Notes under the pieces: model-generated | Told to the model about the DNA's origin: nothing | The model's input: the letters and a program-made list of their open reading frames with translations, nothing else | Databases searched by the model: none | DNA from: an uncultured virus (IMG/VR IMGVR_UViG_3300021091_000050) | Taxonomy: Duplodnaviria > Heunggongvirae > Uroviricota > Caudoviricetes | IMG/VR virus record: IMGVR_UViG_3300021091_000050 | DNA: 20,000 nt | Direction: 5' to 3' (one strand) | Part shown: piece after piece, positions 9,846 through 15,836 of the stretch | Position numbering within the stretch: the first letter of the stretch is position 1 | Layout: every line of letters begins with the position of its first letter | Program-made: the position numbers and the translations under genes

Positions 9846-9893
9846 GCAAAAACCCTCAAGATACAAGTTTATCACAAGATCTTGAGGGTTTGC
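9846..9893 (-). terminator. Putative intrinsic terminator after the major tail gene, with an extended -10-like motif in its loop
   Basis: Perfect 13-bp inverted repeat AAACCCTCAAGAT (9850-9862) / ATCTTGAGGGTTT (9879-9891) with a 16-nt loop, ending in GGGTTTTTGCTT on the minus strand. The loop carries TGATAAACT (9874-9866). Confidence 0.65.
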
Positions 9894-9912
9894 CAATTAA
9901 TAATATTTTAAA

Positions 9913-10488
9913 TTATGTCTGATCGATGATTTTGCCGTATTCGTAGCCAGTATCTTCCGTTTTTGGAAGAATTCTGAAACCAACGGCGAAGACCGAAGCT
10001 TCCGCACGCTTCATTGTGAGCTGGGTGCTCTCCATTGAAATTGCACGTTTTGTATAGAACTTACGGGTCTTAGTTGTTGATGCATCCGAACCTGGGGCAA
10101 CGCCCGTGATGACGAGAGCCTTCTCAAACGGGAACACGCTCTGACCACCGAACAAGAATGTTTTGGTATTCGCGCCATCATTGTTTGCAACAACGTCAGT
10201 TGCACCAACTGAGTCGTAGTTCCAAGAGAGAGCGAGGTTGTTCAATGTGGCTTCAGCCAGAGTCGTTTTGACCATGACCTTAACCTTTGACTGCACAACT
10301 CTTGCAGCGTCACCGTACTGGTCGATTTCAATGTCAACCATATCTGGCTCCCAAGAGATTTCAACACCATTCTGAGTAGCGCCGATGTCGCTGAAGTTGT
10401 TCATTGCTGCAATGCTAGTAGCATTGGCTGAGTCGCCCACCTTAAGGGTCGCCTCACCGACAACAATGTTAGAAACATTAACTGCCAT
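9913..10488 (-). CDS. Major tail tube protein, 191 aa
   Basis: Strong AGGAGG RBS; beta-rich sequence with tube-protein-like motifs (NIVVGEATLKVG, DIGATQNGVEISWEP, KTTLAEATLNNL); lies between the neck genes and the chaperone and is followed by a terminator. Confidence 0.88.
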   Translation of the reverse strand: MAVNVSNIVVGEATLKVGDSANATSIAAMNNFSDIGATQNGVEISWEPDMVDIEIDQYGDAARVVQSKVKVMVKTTLAEATLNNLALSWNYDSVGATDVVANNDGANTKTFLFGGQSVFPFEKALVITGVAPGSDASTTKTRKFYTKRAISMESTQLTMKRAEASVFAVGFRILPKTEDTGYEYGKIIDQT

Positions 10489-10506
10489 TTTTAGTTTCCT
10501 CCTAAA

Positions 10507-10701
10507 TTATTCAAGGACAAAAATTCTTTTGCCTTTTTTGTCACGCCATTTAGCGATCTTTTTAACATGATCAAGCCGGATTTCATCATTTCTTTTCCCG
10601 ATTCCAAGTCCTTTATTCCATTCAAATTCATATATATTCTTTCCGATCCTGACTGTGTAGCCGGGTAGTTTCCCGACATATGTAATAGTAGTATACTCCA
10701 T
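10507..10701 (-). CDS. Small basic hypothetical protein, 64 aa
   Basis: Fills the gap between the tail-terminator-like gene and the tube gene; ATG lies 8 nt after an extended -10 motif. Confidence 0.7.
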   Translation of the reverse strand: MEYTTITYVGKLPGYTVRIGKNIYEFEWNKGLGIGKRNDEIRLDHVKKIAKWRDKKGKRIFVLE

Positions 10702-10709
10702 ATAATATT

Positions 10710-10718
10710 ATTGTACCA
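10710..10718 (-). promoter_or_regulatory. Extended -10 promoter element (TGnTACAAT), near-leaderless
   Basis: TGGTACAAT lies 8 nt upstream of ATG 10701, with no Shine-Dalgarno in between. Confidence 0.6.
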
Positions 10719-10720
10719 CC

Positions 10721-11146
10721 CTATCTGGAAACATAACACAATTTAAAGTCTAAATTCATCCTGTACCAGCCATTTATTTCAAGGGGTGATACAAGATTTG
10801 CTCCAATTTGATAGGAAGACAGAATTCTGACATCGGTACCAGGCACCCCCCCAGATTTAGCTATATTGTTTCCAATATTAAGTAGTTCTATAAATCTTTC
10901 CGAGAGTTTAAAAAGACGGTCAACATTGGTATCAAAAATTGAATATTTTATAATGTCATATCTATGCCAATATTCTTCCACATTTGGAGCGATTGGGTTA
11001 AAGAAATAAACCACAAATGGGGCTGGTTCATTATCTGTTGCAACAACTGGAAAGAAATTCATTGTCTTACCAGCAATTGATATTATTGTATTATCGTTTT
11101 TTAAATACAAATTGACATCATAAACCGCTATTGTTGATATTGTCAT
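10721..11146 (-). CDS. Putative tail terminator / tail completion protein, 141 aa
   Basis: Size and position just before the tube gene; FPVVATDNEPAPFVVY resembles the P-(F/Y)-V-V-Y motif of SPP1 gp17/lambda gpU-like proteins. Confidence 0.65.
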   Translation of the reverse strand: MTISTIAVYDVNLYLKNDNTIISIAGKTMNFFPVVATDNEPAPFVVYFFNPIAPNVEEYWHRYDIIKYSIFDTNVDRLFKLSERFIELLNIGNNIAKSGGVPGTDVRILSSYQIGANLVSPLEINGWYRMNLDFKLCYVSR

Positions 11147-11481
11147 GACCCCTCTCTAAATAAAGGTGTCTCTTTAAGTAATTCAATTATTTTATTGTTA
11201 AAAAGATCTGCTGCATAATCTGCAACCATTTGGGCATCAGCCCCACTTCTATCTCTCAATGCGTATTCATTTACATCATCAATTTCTATTGAAAAATTAT
11301 CACTATCAATATTCAATTTTATTTTTGTATATCTTAAATTTTCACCAAATTTAGACACCAGATCTTCAAAGATTTGAAGATGATGGTCTGTGTATGTTCT
11401 AACAATGACTTCTTTAATATCAGAATGCATTGTTAATAATTGATCTGATAGGCGGTCTAAATCATGAGTAATTATGATCAT
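11143..11481 (-). CDS. Putative neck/tail-completion protein (HK97 gp10-like position), 112 aa
   Basis: ATGA-coupled to both neighbours; the call rests on synteny only. Confidence 0.5.
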   Translation of the reverse strand: MIIITHDLDRLSDQLLTMHSDIKEVIVRTYTDHHLQIFEDLVSKFGENLRYTKIKLNIDSDNFSIEIDDVNEYALRDRSGADAQMVADYAADLFNNKIIELLKETPLFREGS

Positions 11482-11861
11482 GATGTTTCTACCACCTTTC
11501 TGATGGTAGCCAGTATGTGATGTTTTTTGCCATTGAAACCAAATTTTGGTTGTATTGAAACAATCTCAAAAGGTCCAATTTCAAGGACATTGCCATATCT
11601 ATCTTTTATATTTTGTATTCTATTTTGATAATCAATATTATCTGCATACATTCCTGGAACAATCATTTCATGAATTGCAATAAATTCTTGGTAAGGAACT
11701 ACTCTTTTATCACTGCCAGATGCTTGAGGGGATTGAATATTGATTGGAACAGTTGCAGAAAGAGTAAAAGTAAAAGTCTTCTGCCCCGCTGCACTAATTA
11801 CAGTTTGCTTTGTATATATATCAGCAGTTTGTGAAAACCGTAAAAAACTCTTGTATGCCAT
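11478..11861 (-). CDS. Putative head-closure/stopper protein (SPP1 gp16-like), 127 aa
   Basis: Beta-rich (FSQTADIYTK...AGQKTFTF...FEIVSIQPKFGFNGKKHHILATIRKV); follows the connector gene. Confidence 0.6.
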   Translation of the reverse strand: MAYKSFLRFSQTADIYTKQTVISAAGQKTFTFTLSATVPINIQSPQASGSDKRVVPYQEFIAIHEMIVPGMYADNIDYQNRIQNIKDRYGNVLEIGPFEIVSIQPKFGFNGKKHHILATIRKVVETS

Positions 11862-12787
11862 CAGACCACATAATCCATCACAAACAAGGTATAGTCCATT
11901 AAGAGGACATCGGCTTCAATATTGCCTGTAGACTCATAAAAAGAATCTTTCATTTTCATCTTGACAATATCTATATCAATAGAATAAATGCCATGCCTTC
12001 TGTATTCAGAGTCGTCATTCATTAAATCAGCAATAATTAATTCTGCTGCTTGCTGAACATTCAATGGAACAGAATTCCAGCCAAAATTACCCTCAATTTT
12101 ATAATCAGACCTCAATCTAAATTTTGTAGGTACAGTTAATTTATCTGCTTTATCAATTGCATCAGCTTTAAATCTTATATAATAAGAGGCTTCAAAGTTA
12201 AAAGGTTGTTTAACTCTCTCAATATTCTGTGATGAAGATGTTGTTGAATCATAAACAATTTCAGCATAATCTTTACCAGGATCTTGTGTCACTTTTGTAA
12301 GTGTACTTATTGCAAATGGCAAGTGTAAAATATTATGATTATTACCATCAATCGTAAGACTTTTATTTGGGTAGTAGTCAAATGACTGCCCACAGTGTGT
12401 ATTAATTATTGCTCTAGATTTTCTTTCATATTTATCAAATAAAGCACCTTTTGATTGCTGAAGTTCTGGATACATCGTAAAAAAATCTGATGAAGTTATG
12501 TAGGGGGTGTAAACATTTATATAGGCAGATTTTGTATAAGATGTGCCCGATACAGTAAATGTAAAATCAATTCTATGTTTACCCGCTGAATTTAAAATAT
12601 AGTTTCCACTGGCTTGCTGGCCATATGTAATTGTGTAAACCCCTTCCGAAGCTCTGGTTGCACCAGTTGGACCAGAAACAAGATCACCAAACTCATGATA
12701 AAGAGAAGCGCTAACAGTATTCCCAGCAGGGTCACTCGGAAGTGTGAGTGTGACTGTCTTTGATGTATTAATTTTTACTTCATCCAT
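11861..12787 (-). CDS. Head-tail connector/adaptor (SPP1 gp15/HK97 gp6-like) with an extra N-terminal beta-sandwich domain, 308 aa
   Basis: The C-terminal two thirds carry adaptor-type motifs (PYITSSDF, SRAIINTHCGQSF, GNFGWNSVPLNVQQAAELII). The N-terminal ~95 aa is an Ig-like beta pattern (GVYTITY...AGKHRIDFTFTVSG). Confidence 0.7.
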   Translation of the reverse strand: MDEVKINTSKTVTLTLPSDPAGNTVSASLYHEFGDLVSGPTGATRASEGVYTITYGQQASGNYILNSAGKHRIDFTFTVSGTSYTKSAYINVYTPYITSSDFFTMYPELQQSKGALFDKYERKSRAIINTHCGQSFDYYPNKSLTIDGNNHNILHLPFAISTLTKVTQDPGKDYAEIVYDSTTSSSQNIERVKQPFNFEASYYIRFKADAIDKADKLTVPTKFRLRSDYKIEGNFGWNSVPLNVQQAAELIIADLMNDDSEYRRHGIYSIDIDIVKMKMKDSFYESTGNIEADVLLMDYTLFVMDYVV

Positions 12788-12796
12788 TGTATATCA

Positions 12797-12805
12797 ATTT
12801 TACCA
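12797..12805 (-). promoter_or_regulatory. Extended -10 promoter element (TGnTAAAAT), near-leaderless
   Basis: TGGTAAAAT lies 9 nt upstream of ATG 12787, with no Shine-Dalgarno. Confidence 0.6.
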
Positions 12806-12817
12806 AATAAACATTTA

Positions 12818-13135
12818 TCATATAATTTCCATATATGTCATTATATATAAATCAGAAATTTTTTGATTTATAGTTGCATCATTTTGATTTATAGTTGCAT
12901 CATTGACCCAATTTGTTCCATCATATTTTAAAACATCACCCGAAGCTGGGGACGATATAACAACATCTGATAAATCATTGATAGATATTGATGTAGCAAA
13001 AGAAACAATTGTATTGGAATTGTTTTTGTAGAAAATTTTACCATCCGTATAGTTGATGGCAATTTCACCGTGCTCAAGGACAGAGGGGGCAGAATTCGCG
13101 GTACTAGAATTTTTAATTTTTATGGTGTTAGCCAT
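12818..13135 (-). CDS. Short fibre/spike-like virion protein, 105 aa, N-terminus paralogous to 13149..14150
   Basis: AGGAGG RBS. MANTIKIKNSSTANSAPSVLEHGEIAINYTDGKIFYK resembles Mtd-N/hyaluronidase-type fibre N-termini; INDLSDVVISSPASGDVLKYDGTNWVN is a common phage fibre repeat. Confidence 0.7.
   Translation of the reverse strand: MANTIKIKNSSTANSAPSVLEHGEIAINYTDGKIFYKNNSNTIVSFATSISINDLSDVVISSPASGDVLKYDGTNWVNDATINQNDATINQKISDLYIMTYMEII
12861..12904. repeat. Perfect 21-bp tandem duplication (2 copies), in frame
   Basis: TTTTGATTTATAGTTGCATCA at 12861-12881 and 12882-12902; it encodes NDATINQ-NDATINQ. Confidence 0.95.
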
Positions 13136-13148
13136 AAAAACCTCCTAC

Positions 13149-14150
13149 TTAGAATGTACCACCATCAACTGTCACATTATCCAGATTTGTACTAGAAAGA
13201 ATTGTTGTTCCATTAAATTTTAAAACTTTTCCAGAGGCGAGGTTGAGATGCTCCGAAGACGTCCAGGAATCAGTTGCATCAACCCAATTGAATGTTTTTG
13301 TGCTCGTTCCAAGAACAGAGATGCCAGCGCCATCGGCTGTTATGTCTGTTGGAGCGGCAACATTCGCAAGAACAACATTCTTATCCTCAACAACAAGTGT
13401 CGCTGTATTTAGGGTTGTGGTATTCCCTTGAACTGTTAAATCCCCTGTTACAGTTAAATTATTTGAAATTGTCACATTAGATGGAAGACTCAAAGTAACA
13501 GCGCCAACCCCCGAGTTAGAAACTGTAATTTCATTTGCAGTACCAGTAAGACCAGTAACAAGATTTGTTGTTCTATCACTAATTTGCGATGCTGTAATTG
13601 AAATCGATGTATTAGCGGCAGCAGTCAAGCGACCTTGAGCATCGACAGTAAATGTCGCAACTGATCCAGCTGCTCCATAGCTTGCAGGAGTTACTGCTGT
13701 ATTGTCAAGATTGATTGTAACTGTATCAGTCGCTCCAACAACTGAAGACAGGCCCGTTCCGCCAGAAACTGTAAGGGTATCTGTTCCCGTTGTTATCGTT
13801 TGAGGGGTGCCACTATCTCCAGATAAAGTAAATGTTGATGATATATTTGCAATTAATCCGTCAACATAAGCCTTTGTTGCAGCATGTGTATTTGCTGATG
13901 GAGTAGGAACAATAACAATACCGTTAAATGTTTTATTACCAGTAAGAGTCTGTTCTGTGCTTAATGTCGCAAAAGCACCGGAGCCGCCAATAGCAAGAAC
14001 AGATGTAGCACTTCCTCCAGCGCCTCCTGTCCCTTCACCATAGTAAAGAATATCATCTACTTCGTTAAATGCCAGTTCAGCATTTTCAAGAGAAGCGGGT
14101 GCTCCAGAGCTTCCAGAAGCTCTTCTTTTAATTCTAATTGTATTAGCCAT
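13149..14150 (-). CDS. Fibre-like virion structural protein, 333 aa
   Basis: N-terminus MANTIRIKRRASGSSGAPASLENAELAFNE; Thr/Gly/Ser-rich fibre motifs (QTLTGNKTF, HAATKAYVD, FTVDAQGRLTAA, LTVTGDLTVQGNTTTLN); C-terminus VDGGTF. Confidence 0.75.
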   Translation of the reverse strand: MANTIRIKRRASGSSGAPASLENAELAFNEVDDILYYGEGTGGAGGSATSVLAIGGSGAFATLSTEQTLTGNKTFNGIVIVPTPSANTHAATKAYVDGLIANISSTFTLSGDSGTPQTITTGTDTLTVSGGTGLSSVVGATDTVTINLDNTAVTPASYGAAGSVATFTVDAQGRLTAAANTSISITASQISDRTTNLVTGLTGTANEITVSNSGVGAVTLSLPSNVTISNNLTVTGDLTVQGNTTTLNTATLVVEDKNVVLANVAAPTDITADGAGISVLGTSTKTFNWVDATDSWTSSEHLNLASGKVLKFNGTTILSSTNLDNVTVDGGTF

Positions 14151-14425
14151 TAATAATTTCCTCCATCAACAAGTAAATTAGCAGCAGAGTGAACATGATC
14201 TGATCTGCTTGCTATTATTGCTGTTCCAGCGCTTGCGGTCCTGGCAATATTCGCTGGTGCTGAATCACTGTAACTTAGGCTTGCTGTATTAATTGTAGCA
14301 GGTGCAGCAGTTAAAACAGTAGTATCGGATGTTTGAATCACGACTGTTGCTACATCAGAAGCGCCAATTGTAAGCTGTGTTATATCACCGCTTGTAACAG
14401 TTATTTCAGTTATTTCACCCGCCAT
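14150..14425 (-). CDS. Small virion structural protein, 91 aa
   Basis: Start re-assigned to the ATG at 14425 (MAGEITEITV...) behind GGGAG; contains the fibre-type motif ASRSDHVH; ends VDGGNY; TAATG-coupled to the next gene. Confidence 0.65.
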   Translation of the reverse strand: MAGEITEITVTSGDITQLTIGASDVATVVIQTSDTTVLTAAPATINTASLSYSDSAPANIARTASAGTAIIASRSDHVHSAANLLVDGGNY

Positions 14426-14753
14426 CTGTAACATCTCCCTGTATCAGAGCCTTCCCTGCCACAAGGGTTGTCACAACTGCGCCATCTGTTTGTTGAAAAT
14501 CGTAATGGTATGTTCCAGGAATAATCGCTCCTGAAACATTGGAGGAAAGAACAAACTGGACGATTCCTCCAGCACCATTACTGATATTAACAGCAAAGTT
14601 AGCAACAATCTCTGTAGAAGATGGGGCAATTCTGATTTGTCCAGAAAAAGTTCTTTGAGAGATGTTGATAGCTGCATTAGAACCGTCTTTTAATCTCAGT
14701 TCATGAACATAGGTATCACCAGAATAGATAGTAATATTCCTGCTGCCAGCCAT
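14415..14753 (-). CDS. Putative fibre adaptor protein (BppU N-terminal-like beta-sandwich), 112 aa
   Basis: The pattern NITIYSGDTY...FSGQIR...GGIVQFVLS...GTYHYDFQ...TTLVAGK is typical of small phage adaptor domains. Confidence 0.55.
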   Translation of the reverse strand: MAGSRNITIYSGDTYVHELRLKDGSNAAINISQRTFSGQIRIAPSSTEIVANFAVNISNGAGGIVQFVLSSNVSGAIIPGTYHYDFQQTDGAVVTTLVAGKALIQGDVTDGG

Positions 14754-14762
14754 AACAATTAA

Positions 14763-14791
14763 ATTTTATACGAAATAATATTCGTTATCAA
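14763..14791 (-). promoter_or_regulatory. Putative sigma70/sigmaA-type promoter, near-leaderless
   Basis: TTGATA (14791-14786) - 17 nt - TAAAAT (14768-14763) - 9 nt - ATG 14753; no Shine-Dalgarno. Confidence 0.6.
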
Positions 14792-14889
14792 CAATTGCAG
14801 TCTTCACAACCACAATTGCATTGTTCTGTGCATAGGCACCCACATGCACAACTTTTTATTTTAGAGTTTTCTAAGTTTTGATCGCTCAT
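14788..14889 (-). CDS. Cys-rich metallothionein-like peptide, 33 aa
   Basis: MSDQNLENSKIKSCACGCLCTEQCNCGCEDCNC*: 9 Cys in the last 20 residues, all in CxC arrays, with no aromatic residues. Its ATG overlaps the endolysin stop (ATGA), it ends in a TGA TAA double stop, and it fills the intergenic gap exactly. Confidence 0.75.
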   Translation of the reverse strand: MSDQNLENSKIKSCACGCLCTEQCNCGCEDCNC

Positions 14890-15389
14890 TTTGGAATAGA
14901 TTTCCAAGCGGCAACAAGTTTCTTAGGATTATCAGCCATTTCTGGAGAAAGCTCTACATGGATCCACTTACCGCCCTGTGAGCCTGCATTGTCTTTAGAA
15001 TTATAAATCTTGACACCTTTTGCACCTTCACCACGTGAGCAACGATAACCTCTCCCCCAGCCGAGTTCCTTGTCATTTACGTTACTATCGTAAGCATAGT
15101 CATGAATCTCTTCGATACCCAAAACTTCTGTGTTTGCGAGCAAGAAATTCCAAGCTTCTTCAGCTTTCTTCCGATCTGAATAGCCCATATCAATGGCTCG
15201 GCCTGTGGCGTGAACTGATAACCACTTTGGATCTCCAGGAGTAGCTTTAGGATTGTTCATGCTCCTATTTGCCCAAATTCCCAAAGAAGAAAAGCCCCAA
15301 CGATTCTTGCAAATTTCTAATAGTTTCTCTGTTCCTGGTCTCGCACCTTTAGCAAGGCCATCTGTATTACCTGTATATTTTCTTGGCAT
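14886..15389 (-). CDS. Putative endolysin, zinc peptidase of the M15/D-Ala-D-Ala peptidase (Hedgehog/DD-peptidase) fold, 167 aa
   Basis: SVHATGRAID matches SxHxxGxAxD, and a downstream WIHVE supplies the third Zn ligand; GGAGG RBS; next to the holin-like gene; no obvious cell-wall-binding domain. Confidence 0.8.
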   Translation of the reverse strand: MPRKYTGNTDGLAKGARPGTEKLLEICKNRWGFSSLGIWANRSMNNPKATPGDPKWLSVHATGRAIDMGYSDRKKAEEAWNFLLANTEVLGIEEIHDYAYDSNVNDKELGWGRGYRCSRGEGAKGVKIYNSKDNAGSQGGKWIHVELSPEMADNPKKLVAAWKSIPK

Positions 15390-15418
15390 AATACCTCCAT
15401 TTATTAATTAATTATATA

Positions 15419-15667
15419 TTATTTTGCATTTGATTGCCCTCTATCGGGGCCATTAAAAATTTGATCAATTTCATCAGCATCAAGTTTGCCATCATCAAGA
15501 AACGCCTCAGCAAGGCCTTGAACGACTTTTGCAACACCGCCGATTCCTGCCATAAAAATTGCTTTAGGAAGATCGACCCCAGCGATTGCACCTGCGCCGA
15601 TCACTCCAAGCCCAGAGGCTCCAAACACAGCAAGAATTCTTAACAATATATTTTTCATATTATTCAT
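15419..15667 (-). CDS. Holin-like membrane protein, 82 aa
   Basis: Two hydrophobic Gly/Ala-rich helices and an acidic C-terminal tail; AGGAG RBS; immediately upstream of the endolysin. Confidence 0.6.
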   Translation of the reverse strand: MNNMKNILLRILAVFGASGLGVIGAGAIAGVDLPKAIFMAGIGGVAKVVQGLAEAFLDDGKLDADEIDQIFNGPDRGQSNAK

Positions 15668-15836
15668 TATCTTCTCCTTGTAAAATTAAAGCGCCAATCA
15701 AATGCACAGCAAGAGATGCGACGCTAATCCAAATTCCCCATTTCCTTGTCTGGCCTGACAAAGTAATAAGAACAAGACCTGTTCCACCCAATGTCCAAGC
15801 CAGGGCGTGAAGTTCACTAATTAATTTTTTAATCAT
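15660..15836 (-). CDS. Small 2-TM membrane protein, 58 aa (not in the ORF track)
   Basis: MIKKLISELHALAWTLGGTGLVLITLSGQTRKWGIWISVASLAVHLIGALILQGEDNE*; TAATG overlap with the upstream gene and an 8-nt overlap with the holin-like gene. Confidence 0.8.
   Translation of the reverse strand: MIKKLISELHALAWTLGGTGLVLITLSGQTRKWGIWISVASLAVHLIGALILQGEDNE

Noticed and set aside
14415..14430. A third C-terminal DGG motif (VTDGG*) in the 112-aa protein
   Set aside because: It is explained by overlap with the next gene's start (GAT GGC GGG TGA / ATG GCG GGT GAA) and lacks the terminal aromatic residue.
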